Shown here: in pieces, positions 17,508 to 28,394 of the stretch
Layout of the letters: each line of letters opens with the position of its first letter
Numbering within the stretch: position 1 is the first letter of the stretch
From: Chitinophagaceae bacterium
Lineage (GTDB): Bacteria > Bacteroidota > Bacteroidia > Chitinophagales > UBA10324
Length of the DNA stretch: 64,000 bases
Assembly (NCBI GenBank): GCA_016717285.1
Contig: JADKFU010000002.1
Span: 72,385-136,384, forward strand
Direction: 5' to 3'
Made by a program: the position numbers and the translations under genes
The notes under the pieces: generated by a model
What the model saw: only the letters and a program-made list of their open reading frames with translations
Database searches by the model: none
What the model was told of the DNA's origin: nothing

Positions 17508-20500
17508 TTATTTATAAAACCACATTCTCATTAATGAAAGCAGTTGATCTATCTTCAACGGCTTGGTAATATAATCGGATGCGCCGGCTTCGATACACTT
17601 CTGCCGGTCTCCCTTCATGGCTTTTGCTGTAACGGCAATAATCGGCAATGCGCTGTTTTTATGTTCGCGTCGAATTTTTTGTGTCGTTTCATATCCATCC
17701 ATTTCAGGCATCATAATATCCATCAGCACCATATCTATTTTTGGATTTTCATTCAGGATACTGATCGCATCCTTTCCGCTTTCAGCGGTGATCACATTGA
17801 TGTTGTAACGTTCGAATACGGTAGTAAGCGCGAACAGGTTCCGTACATCGTCATCTACCACCAGAATATTTTTCATGGCAAGAATGTCTTCTTTTGTACG
17901 CATGTTTTCGATCACTCTTTTTTTCTCCGGAGATAAATTCTTGTGGTTGATATGCAGGAGTGTCACCGTCTCTTCCAGCAGATGTTCGAGAGAGTTTACT
18001 CCTTTCAGTACAATGGAATTGGATTGCCTGTTCAATTGTTTCAACTCATTCTTGTCAAAATCTTTGGCGGAGTATACGATCAGCGCTGTAGTCTTCCGCT
18101 TCATTTCACTTACCTTATTCACAAGGTCGATTCCGGAAATATCTGGCAGCGTATAATCGAGGATGATGCAATCGTAGGTATTATTTTTTATTTTTTCCAT
18201 GGCCTTTTTCCCGGTAGGAGCGATGGTTACCTTGATGTTTTCACCCTGTAACAGTTTGTTGATTTGAGATGAATCCAGTTCATTGTCTTCCACTACCAGC
18301 ACATGGTTGATATCCTTTTTATTAAAGGAAATGATATCCTGGAACAGTTCTTTCAGCGATTCATTTTCCAGTGGTTTGAGATGAAAACTTCTTGCACCTC
18401 TTTTTAAAGCGAGCGCACTGTTTTCTTCTCCCGATATCAGGTGAATGGGGATATGCCTGTAGTTCAAATCATTTTTAAGATGGTCAAGCACTCTCCAGCC
18501 ACTGGTGTCGGGAAGCTTCACATCGAGGGTAATGGCAATCGGATTGAAACGATTAATGAAATCAAAAACTTCGAGATAGCTTACTGCTACAATAGCCTTT
18601 AGTTTTTCCTGGTGTGCTTTTTCAACCAGTATCTTACCGAAGCGAAGATCATCTTCTACAATCAGAATTACTTTTTGATTGGGCTGAATATTGGTGCGGT
18701 CATCACCTGCATCGTTGATCATTTCATTAACAATGCTGAGGTTGGTTTCAATTCCTTCGTTGCTGATGCGGATGGATTGAAGCAGGTCGTCAATATCCGT
18801 GGACTCTGATTTAAGGTTCATCTGCTGGTAAGCGCTTAAGCTAACAGCAGTCTCTTTGGATAGGGTACCGGCAATGTTTTCTATCGGAAGGAATAAGGTA
18901 AACGTACTTCCTTGTCCGGGCTGACTTTCCAGCTCTATGGTTCCGCCCAGCAATTCGGCAAGGCCGCGGCTAATCGATAAGCCGAGACCGGTGCCTCCGT
19001 ATTTACGACTCGTGGATCCTTCTGCCTGCTGGAATGCTTCAAAAATGATGTTTTGCTTTTCCCGTGGAATGCCAATACCGGTGTCGGAAATGGCGAATGC
19101 CACAACGCCCGGGGCACGATCCAGGTTTTCGTTTCCAAACTTCCAGTTTTTTGTTGCCTGGTAGATCTTAAGTTTTACTTCTCCCTTTTCAGTGAACTTA
19201 AATGAATTGGAAAGCAGGTTCTTTAAAATCTGGTTGAGTCGTTGCAGATCGGTTTCGACTGAAGCCGGCAATTTTGCATCCGTTTCGATAGTGAATTTGA
19301 GATGACGTGCATCTGATATCGGCTTGAACGTAGATTCCACGAAGGAAGCAATTTCTGAAAAACGAACCGGAGAAATGTTGGCCGTAATAAACCCTGATTC
19401 AATCTTGGAAAGATCCAGAATATCGTTGATCAATTGGATTAGATCATCGCCGCAGGAGTGAATGGTTTTTGCATAGCGGATCTGCTTGTCATTCAGATTA
19501 CCTTCTGCATTTTCATAGAGTTGTTGTGCAAGAATCAGTAAGCTATTCAACGGTGTTCGCAATTCATGCGACATGTTGGCCAGGAACTCTGATTTATATT
19601 TTGAAGTAAGCGTGAGCTGTTCCGCTTTTTCCTCCAGCGATTTTCTCGCTTCCTCCACCTCTTTATTTTTCGCTTCTACTTCATCTTTTTGTTTTACGAG
19701 CAGCAAGGCTTTATCCTGCAATTCATCATTGGTTCTCCTTAATTCTTCCTGTTGAATTTTTAATTCTCCGGCCAGTGATTGCGATTGAGCTAAAAGTTCT
19801 TCTGTACGTGTATTGGTTTCAATCGTGTTTAACACAATTCCAAGACTCTCGGTGAGCTGACTTAAAAAATCGAGGTGCGTAATGCTGAAGGCATCGAGTG
19901 AGGCCAGCTCGATAACAGCTTTTACATTGTTTTCAAACAACACAGGAAGAATGATGAGGTTAAATGGTTTCGCCTGGGCAAGCCCTGAATTGATATGAAT
20001 GTATTCACCGGGAACATTGCTGATGAGTATTCTTTCTTTCTCGAATGCGCACTGCCCGATCAAGCCCTCTCCTATAGAAAATTCCTTCGGAATATTTGTT
20101 TCAGATTTATAAGCATAGGCAGCAAACAACTTAAGTTTTACATGCTGACTTTCTTCATCCTGCCGCAGAATATAAAACGCTCCGTAGTGTGCAGATACTA
20201 CTTGCGCCAATTCCGAAAGGATGCGTTGTGTAACGGTATATAGATCTTTTTGTCCCTGCAGCATCTGTGTGAATTTCGCAAGGTTTGATTTCAGCCAATC
20301 CTGATCCTGGTTTCTGAGCGTCGTTTCTTTCAGGTTCGCAATCATCTGGTTGATGGTATCCTTCAATGCTTCCACCTCACCCTTTGCTTCCACACGAATC
20401 ATTCTCGTGAGGTCACCTTTTGTAACTGCTGATGCCACTTCTGAAATAGATCGCACCTGCGTGGTAAGATTTTGTGCGAGCTGGTTTACATTTTCAGTAA

Positions 20501-22001
20501 GGTTTTTCCAGATGCCTGAAGCACCGGGCACACTGGCTTGTCCGCCTAATTTTCCTTCTACACCTACTTCACGTGCAACTGTGGTAACCTGGTCTCCAAA
20601 CACGGCAAGCGTTTCAATCATCTCGTTGATGGTATCGGTAAGCTGCGCTACTTCACCCATCGCGTTGATGGATAATTTTTGCCGGAGGTTACCTGTCGCA
20701 ACTGATGTTACGACTTTAGCGATGCCTCGCACCTGGCTGGTAAGGTTGGAAGCCATCATATTCACACTGTCGGTAAGATCTTTCCAGGTTCCTGCAACAC
20801 CTTTTACTTCGGCCTGGCCTCCGAGCTTTCCTTCTGTTCCTACTTCTCTTGCCACACGTGTAACTTCAAATGCAAAAGAGTTCAATTGTTCCACCATGGT
20901 ATTGATGGTGTTTTTTAAATCAAGAATCTCACCCTTTACATCGATGGCTACTGTTTTCGAAAGATCACCGCTGGCAACAGCTTTCGTTACCTGTGCAATG
21001 TTTCTTACCTGAGCAGTAAGATTACCTGTCATTTGATTTACGCTGTCGGTAAGATCTTTCCACGTACCTGCAACACCCGGCACAAAGGCCTGACCACCGA
21101 GCTTACCATCTGTTCCCACCTCACGTGCTACGCGTGTTACTTCAGATGCGAATGCACGGAGCTGATCCACCATGGTGTTCAGCGTTTCTTTAAGCTGAAG
21201 AATTTCACCGCGCACATCCACCGTAATTTTTTTGGACATGTCGCCGTTTGCTACCGCGATGGCTACTTCTGCAATGTTTCTCACCTGTGCAGTAAGATTT
21301 CCTGCCATTTGATTCACGCTATCGGTAAGATCTTTCCAGGTTCCGGCAACACCCGGAACATTTGCCTGTCCGCCTAATTTTCCTTCTGTCCCAACTTCTC
21401 TTGCAACACGTGTTACTTCAGATGCAAATCCTCTGAGCTGATCCACCATCGTATTGATGGTATTTTTTAATTCAAGGATTTCACCCTTTACATCCACGGC
21501 GATTTTCCTGGAAAGGTCACCGTTTGCCACAGCCGTAGTTACCTCCGCAATATTTCTTACCTGTGAAGTCAGGTTACTCGCCATTTTATTTACACTGTCA
21601 GTCAAGTCCTTCCATGTTCCACCAACACCGGGAACATCGGCTTGTCCTCCCAATTGTCCTTCTGATCCTACTTCACGTGCAACACGCGTAACTTCTGATC
21701 CAAACGAATTTAGCTGATCCACCATCGTGTTGATGGTATTTTTCAATTCAAGGATTTCTCCTTTTACATCCACAGTAATCTTACGCGACAAATCACCCCT
21801 TGCAACTGCGGTTGTTACCTCTGCAATATTTCTTACCTGCGCGGTGAGGTTGCTGGCCATTTGGTTTACGCTGTCGGTAAGATCTTTCCAAACACCACCT
21901 ACACCTTCCACTGTGGCCTGGCCACCGAGCTTTCCTTCAGAACCCACTTCTCTTGCAACACGGGTTACTTCAGATGCAAATCCTCTTAACTGATCCACCA
22001 T
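17508..22001 (-). CDS. Hybrid sensor histidine kinase, C-terminal part (HAMP units 7-12, GAF, HisKA, HATPase, three REC domains)
   Basis: 1497-aa ORF that begins mid-repeat ([19 protein letters not shown]...). It has a GAF-like region, the H-box [15 protein letters not shown], an ATPase ([16 protein letters not shown]), and three receivers (ILIVEDD.., VLVVEDN.., ILVVDDD...[10 protein letters not shown]). It is the continuation of ORF 21970-24201 after a 1-nt frameshift. Confidence 0.85.
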   Translation of the reverse strand: MVDQLRGFASEVTRVAREVGSEGKLGGQATVEGVGGVWKDLTDSVNQMASNLTAQVRNIAEVTTAVARGDLSRKITVDVKGEILELKNTINTMVDQLNSFGSEVTRVAREVGSEGQLGGQADVPGVGGTWKDLTDSVNKMASNLTSQVRNIAEVTTAVANGDLSRKIAVDVKGEILELKNTINTMVDQLRGFASEVTRVAREVGTEGKLGGQANVPGVAGTWKDLTDSVNQMAGNLTAQVRNIAEVAIAVANGDMSKKITVDVRGEILQLKETLNTMVDQLRAFASEVTRVAREVGTDGKLGGQAFVPGVAGTWKDLTDSVNQMTGNLTAQVRNIAQVTKAVASGDLSKTVAIDVKGEILDLKNTINTMVEQLNSFAFEVTRVAREVGTEGKLGGQAEVKGVAGTWKDLTDSVNMMASNLTSQVRGIAKVVTSVATGNLRQKLSINAMGEVAQLTDTINEMIETLAVFGDQVTTVAREVGVEGKLGGQASVPGASGIWKNLTENVNQLAQNLTTQVRSISEVASAVTKGDLTRMIRVEAKGEVEALKDTINQMIANLKETTLRNQDQDWLKSNLAKFTQMLQGQKDLYTVTQRILSELAQVVSAHYGAFYILRQDEESQHVKLKLFAAYAYKSETNIPKEFSIGEGLIGQCAFEKERILISNVPGEYIHINSGLAQAKPFNLIILPVLFENNVKAVIELASLDAFSITHLDFLSQLTESLGIVLNTIETNTRTEELLAQSQSLAGELKIQQEELRRTNDELQDKALLLVKQKDEVEAKNKEVEEARKSLEEKAEQLTLTSKYKSEFLANMSHELRTPLNSLLILAQQLYENAEGNLNDKQIRYAKTIHSCGDDLIQLINDILDLSKIESGFITANISPVRFSEIASFVESTFKPISDARHLKFTIETDAKLPASVETDLQRLNQILKNLLSNSFKFTEKGEVKLKIYQATKNWKFGNENLDRAPGVVAFAISDTGIGIPREKQNIIFEAFQQAEGSTSRKYGGTGLGLSISRGLAELLGGTIELESQPGQGSTFTLFLPIENIAGTLSKETAVSLSAYQQMNLKSESTDIDDLLQSIRISNEGIETNLSIVNEMINDAGDDRTNIQPNQKVILIVEDDLRFGKILVEKAHQEKLKAIVAVSYLEVFDFINRFNPIAITLDVKLPDTSGWRVLDHLKNDLNYRHIPIHLISGEENSALALKRGARSFHLKPLENESLKELFQDIISFNKKDINHVLVVEDNELDSSQINKLLQGENIKVTIAPTGKKAMEKIKNNTYDCIILDYTLPDISGIDLVNKVSEMKRKTTALIVYSAKDFDKNELKQLNRQSNSIVLKGVNSLEHLLEETVTLLHINHKNLSPEKKRVIENMRTKEDILAMKNILVVDDDVRNLFALTTVFERYNINVITAESGKDAISILNENPKIDMVLMDIMMPEMDGYETTQKIRREHKNSALPIIAVTAKAMKGDRQKCIEAGASDYITKPLKIDQLLSLMRMWFYK

Positions 22002-23640
22002 CGTGTTGATCGTGTTTTTTTAATTCGAGGATTTCGCCTTTTACATCCACACCGATTTTTCTTGATAAGTCACCGTTTGCAACGGCTGTTGTTACCTCTG
22101 CAATATTTCTCACCTGGCCTGTAAGGTTACTGGCCATTTGATTTACACTATCTGTTAAGTCCTTCCAGGTTCCTGCTACACCGGTTACCGTTGCTTGTCC
22201 TCCGAGCTTACCTTCTGTTCCTACTTCCAATGCAACACGTGTTACTTCCGATGCAAATCCTCTCAATTGATCTACCATCGTATTGATGGTATTTTTTAAT
22301 TCGAGGATTTCACCTTTTACATCCACGCCGATTTTTCTTGATAAATCACCGTTGGCTACTGCTGTAGTTACTTCCGCGATATTTCTCACCTGGCCTGTAA
22401 GGTTACTGGCCATCTGGTTTACGCTGTCGGTCAAATCTTTCCATACACCACCCACGCCCACAACGGTAGCTTGTCCGCCGAGTTTTCCTTCAGAACCTAC
22501 TTCACGTGCAACACGGGTTACTTCCGATGCAAAAGAGTTGAGCTGATCCACCATCGTGTTGATGGTATTCTTCAACTCGAGGATTTCTCCTCTCACATCC
22601 ACCGTTATTTTTCGTGAAAGATCACCCTTGGCAAGACCTGTTGTTACCTCTGCGATATTTCTCACCTGGCCTGTCAGGTTACTGGCCATCTGGTTTACGC
22701 TGTCCGTTAAATCTTTCCATACACCACCAACTCCCTGCACTGTGGCCTGACCACCGAGTTTTCCTTCAGAGCCCACTTCCCTCGCAACACGTGTTACTTC
22801 TGAACCAAATGAATTCAACTGATCCACCATGGTGTTGATGGTATTTTTCAACTCAAGAATTTCACCTTTTACATCCACGGTAATCTTTTTCGAAAGATCA
22901 CCTTTGGCAACTGCTGTGGTTACCTCTGCAATATTTCTCACTTGTCCTGTGAGGTTACTCGCCATCTGGTTTACGCTGTCCGTTAAATCTTTCCACACAC
23001 CATCTACGCCTTCAACAGTTGCCTGTCCTCCGAGCTTTCCTTCCGAACCTACTTCTCTTGCAACACGTGTTACTTCAGCGGAAAATGAATTCAACTGATC
23101 CACCATCGTGTTAATCGTATTTTTTAATTCAAGAATTTCTCCTTTTACGTCAACAGTAATCTGACGTGATAAATCACCTTTCGCAACTGCTGTTGTTACC
23201 TCTGCAATATTTCTCACCTGTCCTGTCAGGTTACTGGCCATCTGGTTCACACTGTCTGTTAAATCTTTCCACGTTCCTGCAACACCTTTTACCTGGGCTT
23301 GTCCTCCAAGCTTGCCTTCTGTTCCCACCTCCAGTGCCACACGTGTTACTTCGGAAGAAAAAGAGTTGAGCTGATCCACCATGGTGTTGATGGTATTTTT
23401 TAACTCGAGGATTTCACCTTTCACATCCACAGTGATCTTTCTTGATAAGTCTCCCTTTGCAACAGCCGTAGTTACCTCTGCAATGTTTCTCACCTGTGCC
23501 GTCAGGTTACTTCCCATCTGGTTCACGCTGTCCGTTAAATCTTTCCAGACACCTGCAACACCTTTAACTTTTGCCTGTCCGCCTAATTTTCCTTCTGAAC
23601 CCACTTCGCGCGCGACACGCGTTACTTCCATAGAGAAGAG
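20340..23640 (-). repeat. Poly-HAMP array: about 12 tandem 276-bp (92-aa) units
   Basis: EVTRVA(R/L)EV recurs 11 times, plus a diverged QVTTVAREV. The DNA motif ctgatccaccat(c/g)gtgttgatggtatt recurs with a 276-bp period, which also shows in the regular spacing of the antisense ORFs at 22283, 22556, 22829 and 23381. Confidence 0.85.
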
Positions 23641-24201
23641 GTTGAGCTGCTTCACCATATCATTTACCTCCCGTGCAATTCTCGCGAACTCTCCCTGGAG
23701 CACATGGCCGCCGATTTCCTGTGGCATTTGTTCGGAAAGATTTCCTTTTGCAACAGAGCTGATCACGTGGGCAATTTCGATGGTGGGGTGAACGAGATCG
23801 GAGATAAGCGTATTGAGTGATTCCACGCCTGTGCTCCAATCACCTTTTGCATCCGGCACTTCAATACGTTGTGTAAGCTTGCCCTGCTTGCCAATGGTAT
23901 TGCCGGCCTTGGTAAATTCATTCACCATCTTTTCATTCAGTGCAATTATTTCGTTGAGCGTGTCATAAATTTTTCCGCTCAATCCAATCTCATCAATAGG
24001 CATTCGTACATTGAAGTTTCCATTTTTTACTTCCATCAATACACGAAGCAATTCTTTTTGATTGAGCGTAGAACCTCCTGCAAGTGCAATATCCTGTAGC
24101 GTTGTTTTTTTTGAATTGCTTTTCTTTTTTTCGGTAGCTCCATTCTTTTTGGAAATCAGCTCATCTGTTTCAAGAAGGTTGTTGTTCAGTGATTTTTGCA
24201 T
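21970..24201 (-). CDS. Hybrid sensor histidine kinase, N-terminal part (soluble leader plus HAMP units 1-6), terminated by a frameshift
   Basis: 743-aa ORF with no TM segment. It contains six ~92-aa units ([77 protein letters not shown]..). The last unit breaks at ELK and runs into [15 protein letters not shown]. Confidence 0.85.
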   Translation of the reverse strand: MQKSLNNNLLETDELISKKNGATEKKKSNSKKTTLQDIALAGGSTLNQKELLRVLMEVKNGNFNVRMPIDEIGLSGKIYDTLNEIIALNEKMVNEFTKAGNTIGKQGKLTQRIEVPDAKGDWSTGVESLNTLISDLVHPTIEIAHVISSVAKGNLSEQMPQEIGGHVLQGEFARIAREVNDMVKQLNLFSMEVTRVAREVGSEGKLGGQAKVKGVAGVWKDLTDSVNQMGSNLTAQVRNIAEVTTAVAKGDLSRKITVDVKGEILELKNTINTMVDQLNSFSSEVTRVALEVGTEGKLGGQAQVKGVAGTWKDLTDSVNQMASNLTGQVRNIAEVTTAVAKGDLSRQITVDVKGEILELKNTINTMVDQLNSFSAEVTRVAREVGSEGKLGGQATVEGVDGVWKDLTDSVNQMASNLTGQVRNIAEVTTAVAKGDLSKKITVDVKGEILELKNTINTMVDQLNSFGSEVTRVAREVGSEGKLGGQATVQGVGGVWKDLTDSVNQMASNLTGQVRNIAEVTTGLAKGDLSRKITVDVRGEILELKNTINTMVDQLNSFASEVTRVAREVGSEGKLGGQATVVGVGGVWKDLTDSVNQMASNLTGQVRNIAEVTTAVANGDLSRKIGVDVKGEILELKNTINTMVDQLRGFASEVTRVALEVGTEGKLGGQATVTGVAGTWKDLTDSVNQMASNLTGQVRNIAEVTTAVANGDLSRKIGVDVKGEILELKKHDQHDGGSVKRICI

Positions 24202-24620
24202 ATGCAGGCGTGTTTAACGTTGTAAATATTTTCAGCGAAAGTGGATGATGTAAAATGTTTTCACAAAAAAAACAGAACAACTTTACATAGTCAAATTAAT
24301 AATGCAAGAATTAAAAAATCGTAGAAAAAATTCCTCATATTCATCTAAAAAAAGCTGTGGAATAATTTTTGAGAAGCATGATTTTACAACAAAAAGCCGG
24401 AATTATATTAAATGAACCGCTTATATATAAACCCTGTAATTTTTTGGGGCAAAGAAAATCTTCAGGTTGGGCACCAGGTAACTCACCGTTGAAAATAATC
24501 TACACATTGGAAAAATTGCAACACGCTCTCCGGAATGCCGGATGTAGACATTTTAGTATTTGAAAATATTTAATTATCTACCAATTATGTAGAAATGCAA
24601 TATGTTATAATTTAATATGC

Positions 24621-25244
24621 ATGGAAAATGTTTTTGTCATCCTGAATCCGGATGGGAATATGTTTTGTCGCCAGTGGTTATATACAGCAGGTGGTGATTT
24701 GCAAAATTAACAATATCCTGACCCGGAGTCTCCATATGTTGATGAGCTGGGAAACCCGGTACAGGTTGTGAATACCTATTATGCGACTGAATTTAACAAT
24801 TGATGGGCGAAGTCACTCGTCAAGTATCATCCCGAGTATTGCTATTACGGGTTCTGTGTTGACAATGCAGCAAGCAATGAATATGACAAGGATATGCGCA
24901 ATACACCCACTTTTGATGAAGCCTGGACAAAGGGATTTTTTAAGCCTTTGGGTTCTGCTGCTGGAAGTAGCTTTTCTGCTGCCCCAAGTAGGGCTGATCC
25001 ATTTTTTACTGGATTAGGTAGTGGTACAATAATAGGAATGGATGTGGGTATGTATCACTATCCTGTATTTGCTCAGATTAATTTTGCTATGCTGACCAAA
25101 CTTTCGATCTGGGCTACTGCGCTAATTACAGTAAATAGATATAATAAGGGATATAAGCAGATTAATACTTCATTGTGCTCTGATGGCGATGCAAAAGTGT
25201 GTTTCTGGTATTCGAGAAAATCAGGAAGTATCTCATTTCTATAA
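24621..25244 (+). pseudogene. Possible decayed gene: one reading frame of 207 codons with two in-frame stops
   Basis: The frame starting at ATG 24621 continues through TAA (24708) and TGA (24801) to TAA 25242. It reads ...QYPDPESPYVDELGNPVQVVNTYYATEFNN*WAKSLVKYHPEYCYYGFCVDNAASNEYDKDMRNTPTFDEAWTKGFF... I do not recognise the family. Its 3' end overlaps the convergent ORF 25073-25567. Confidence 0.25.
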
Positions 25245-25567
25245 CCATACTGAAATGCAACCAGATTTTTCCAAACCACATTCTGTACAGCATTTTTCCC
25301 GAACCGGTATTCGCAACGGTTCGTCAACAAAATTGATTTTGGATCGTCGAGACTGATTGCAACCTGGCGGTACAGCTCACGAATGTCGCATAGAGTAGCA
25401 TCGGTTGGAGCATATACCTTATAAAAATAGTTAACCTTCCCGGTCACTTCTTCCGATACATCACCCCCATTTTCCTCGTAACCAATAAACCAGATCGTAG
25501 CGTCCCACGATCCATATCCGTAAAAATTATCAATCCAGTGTTTGAGTGCTTTTTCTTCAATAAGCAT
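25073..25567 (-). CDS. Hypothetical protein; the C-terminus may be corrupted
   Basis: 164-aa ORF. The N-terminal ~135 aa look protein-like (WFIGYEENGG..., ...NLVAFQYGYRNEILPDFLEYQKHTF). The last ~30 aa are low-complexity hydrophobic and overlap the opposite-strand frame. No family recognised. Confidence 0.4.
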   Translation of the reverse strand: MLIEEKALKHWIDNFYGYGSWDATIWFIGYEENGGDVSEEVTGKVNYFYKVYAPTDATLCDIRELYRQVAISLDDPKSILLTNRCEYRFGKNAVQNVVWKNLVAFQYGYRNEILPDFLEYQKHTFASPSEHNEVLICLYPLLYLFTVISAVAQIESLVSIAKLI

Positions 25568-25746
25568 AGATAGTAAGGTAGCGAATCTATCAATGCCTGA
25601 TTCCCGTTAACAGTTCTGAGCTGATCATCATTTTTTTTTCCTGAGGGCGCTTCAAAATGATCCTGCAGCAGCTCATAAGTGCATGGTTCCGAATGGCGGC
25701 ATTTCAAGTGCCGTAGCAGCAAGCAACAGGACAGAAACTTTCACCG

Positions 25747-26160
25747 CTACTTTTTCAATGAAGCGGTAATCTCTTTTATCGTTCCCGTTTTATCTTTCCG
25801 AATTGCCTTTGCAAATTGAGTTGCCTGCGGATGCACTTCGTGGTGCTTCTCACTCCATGCAATTATTTCAACCAGGGCAGGAACCAAATCAATTCCTTTT
25901 GCTGTGAGTGTGTACAGAATTTTTGCCTTGCTTTCAGGATGCTTTTGTTTGACAATGATGCCTCCGGCTTCCAGCATCATCAACCTATCAGCCAGAATAT
26001 TTGTAGCAACCTTTTCGCCACCATTCAAAAAAGCTCCGTAGGTATTCCTGTCTTTAAAAACCATATCCCGGACAATCAGCAGTGACCACCGGTCGCCAAA
26101 AATATCCAAAGCGGTACTGATAGGACAGTCAGAGCGATATTTAATTTTTTTCTTCTTCAC
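25747..26160 (-). CDS. HxlR-family winged-helix transcriptional regulator
   Basis: 137 aa with CPISTALDIFGDRWSLLIVRDM...Y.AFL...IATNILADRLMMLEAGGII, the characteristic HxlR signature. Confidence 0.85.
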   Translation of the reverse strand: MKKKKIKYRSDCPISTALDIFGDRWSLLIVRDMVFKDRNTYGAFLNGGEKVATNILADRLMMLEAGGIIVKQKHPESKAKILYTLTAKGIDLVPALVEIIAWSEKHHEVHPQATQFAKAIRKDKTGTIKEITASLKK

Positions 26161-26239
26161 GGTATAAAATTATAAAACCACTTGCAAATCACAAGTTATT
26201 TATCTTATCTTTCCTCCCGGCAAATAAAAACCATTTCCA

Positions 26240-26698
26240 ATGAGCAAATTACAAGCGCACAACGAAGCAGTTATCAATGCACCCATTAGCAGGGTTTGGG
26301 CAATCATTACCGACATCACACTGCTGCACAAAATAAATCCGGGAGTGATTACCGCCAATGGACGTATGGACAAGCAAGGCGAGACACGAACCTGCGAAAT
26401 GGAAAACAGGGGTAAAAGAGGAACAATGACAGAACGATTAGCGGAGCTGGTTCACGAAAAGAAAACCGTTTGGGTAATTGAAAACGACAGTATGGGAATG
26501 AGCAAGATGCTGAAAGAACCGAGGTTTTGTTTCTACCTTGAAAGGATCAGCGACAGTCAAACCAAAATAATAAACGAATCTTATTACGAACCGGCAAACC
26601 TGATGGCAAGAATTATGAATGCTTTGATGATGAAAAAAAAGATGGGAGAAATTCAATCCCAAATTCTCTCCAACATTAAATCGATTGCTGAAAAATAG
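26240..26698 (+). CDS. SRPBCC (START/polyketide-cyclase-like) family protein
   Basis: 152 aa with N-terminus ...INAPISRVWAIITDITLLHKINPGV, typical of SRPBCC. It is divergent from the HxlR gene. Confidence 0.7.
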   Translation: MSKLQAHNEAVINAPISRVWAIITDITLLHKINPGVITANGRMDKQGETRTCEMENRGKRGTMTERLAELVHEKKTVWVIENDSMGMSKMLKEPRFCFYLERISDSQTKIINESYYEPANLMARIMNALMMKKKMGEIQSQILSNIKSIAEK

Positions 26699-26704
26699 GA
26701 TCAC

Positions 26705-27151
26705 ATGGCAACCATTTACAACGAAATCACAATCAACGCACCGGTTGAAAAAATATGGGAGGTGCTCGCGAATATTGAAATGCTCGAGCGATACGACCCG
26801 ACTGTAAAAAAATCGATCGCACTTTCAGAAAACAAAAGCGGGTTGAATGCAAAAAGAAAAGTGCTGATGCTTGATAACAAAAATTGGTTTGACGAAAAAG
26901 TAACAGTATTCAAACCAGCAGAAGCGCTTACCTACCAATTGACTGATTGTTCGTTCCCGATAAAAGGATTGCAACACAGTTACAGCTTTGAAAAAATCGG
27001 CAACCAGACAAAAGTAAAACAGGTGATGCACTACACCGTAAAGTTTGGACTGCTTGGAAAATTGCTCGATGCAGTCATGATACGCAAGCAATCGGACAGC
27101 GGAATAAAAAAGTTTTTTGATGGGCTTAAATCGTATGCTGAAACAAACTGA
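26705..27151 (+). CDS. SRPBCC (START/polyketide-cyclase-like) family protein
   Basis: 148 aa with ...ITINAPVEKIWEVLANIEMLERYDPTV. It is a tandem paralogue 6 bp after the previous gene. Confidence 0.7.
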   Translation: MATIYNEITINAPVEKIWEVLANIEMLERYDPTVKKSIALSENKSGLNAKRKVLMLDNKNWFDEKVTVFKPAEALTYQLTDCSFPIKGLQHSYSFEKIGNQTKVKQVMHYTVKFGLLGKLLDAVMIRKQSDSGIKKFFDGLKSYAETN

Positions 27152-27535
27152 TTTTTGTGCATGGCATACCACGCTTCCATTGGAGCAGATGGTTTTGTAT
27201 TTTAAATCACCGGCATAGACGGAAATAAGGTGGCGTTACATTCCATGAACTAAAAGCACTCACTCTGCTAAACCACCACTTATGCCCATACAAGTCATGA
27301 GAATAAAGCCAGCAAGATTTTTAACCATGGTGTTGTTAGATGATATTATTAAAAAGTGACTCAAGAATCACGAGGAACAATTTATTTTACCATTATACTT
27401 TTTCTGTCATGTAGTCAAAGGATAATTTAGCAAACTCCTTTGCAAAAGAAAGATTGATGATTTGCTAAAAATATTATGCTATTCCAGTATATATTCTATA
27501 TCTTTAGTTCCCTAACCCACCAACCCTCACTACCC

Positions 27536-28117
27536 ATGAAACAGCTGAAACAAATCCTGCCATTGATGCTAAGTGTTTCAATGCTTAGTACCTCTCCGGT
27601 CTACTTTTCCTGCAAGAATTCCGGAACCACCAATTCAAGTGATAGTACTGACGCTGCAGTTTCATCGATGCCAGCCGGAACAAATGATTCTGCGATGACT
27701 AAAATGGTAGTGGAAAGTCCAAAACCACTTAAGGGAAAAGCCACAACAAAAGCAGAAGTACCTGATAAAACTCAAAAAATCTCTGAGGATAAAAATCACA
27801 TATACAATTATAGCGACGTGATGCCCGAGTTTCCAGGCGGAGAGGCCGCATTGGAAAATTATATTCTAACCCATATTAACTATCCCCGCCGGGCATTGGA
27901 TGATGAAAAGGAAGGAACCGTGATCGTTCACTTTGCCATCGACGAACATGGAAAAGTAATGGATGCCCAGGTGCAAAGTGAACCTCTTGGTTTTGGTTTA
28001 GAGGAAGAAGCCCTGCGGGTGGTAAGTACCATGCCTGATTGGACTCCAGGGAAAGTGAATGGAGAAAAAGCAAAAGTTTACTATACGTTGCCAATCGTAT
28101 ACGCAATGGAGAAATGA
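27536..28117 (+). CDS. TonB C-terminal domain lipoprotein
   Basis: Internal ATG (MKQLKQILPLMLSVSMLSTSPVYFSCKN, lipobox-like). C-terminal TonB_C signature VMPEFPGGEAALENYILTHINYPRRALDDEKEGTVIVHFAIDEHGKV... Confidence 0.75.
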   Translation: MKQLKQILPLMLSVSMLSTSPVYFSCKNSGTTNSSDSTDAAVSSMPAGTNDSAMTKMVVESPKPLKGKATTKAEVPDKTQKISEDKNHIYNYSDVMPEFPGGEAALENYILTHINYPRRALDDEKEGTVIVHFAIDEHGKVMDAQVQSEPLGFGLEEEALRVVSTMPDWTPGKVNGEKAKVYYTLPIVYAMEK

Positions 28118-28394
28118 AGAGTGCGCCCGTACTTGCTGTGGATTTATGAAGGAGCTTATGAGATTCCTTAATGCTCAGCCTACTCCATCTGACATGTCCG
28201 GACCTGGGATATTGAGATTAACCTATTTCGTTCGCTTTTGCAAGCGAGGCTTTGCATGAGAATGGAACTGATGGATTTTGAAAATAGAAATACGCAAGCA
28301 GATCATGCACAGAAGAACATTTTAATGGTCATGTTTTAATGAATGAATTCATTGACTTTTCAAGCTATTTTTTTCTCACCCAAAATTCTGTCAA

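Noticed and set aside
20350-23791. A series of plus-strand ORFs (64-220 aa; [15 protein letters not shown]...) antisense to the HAMP array
   Set aside because: They are periodic shadow ORFs produced by the repeated, codon-biased kinase sequence on the minus strand. They recur once per 276-bp unit and have no independent signals.
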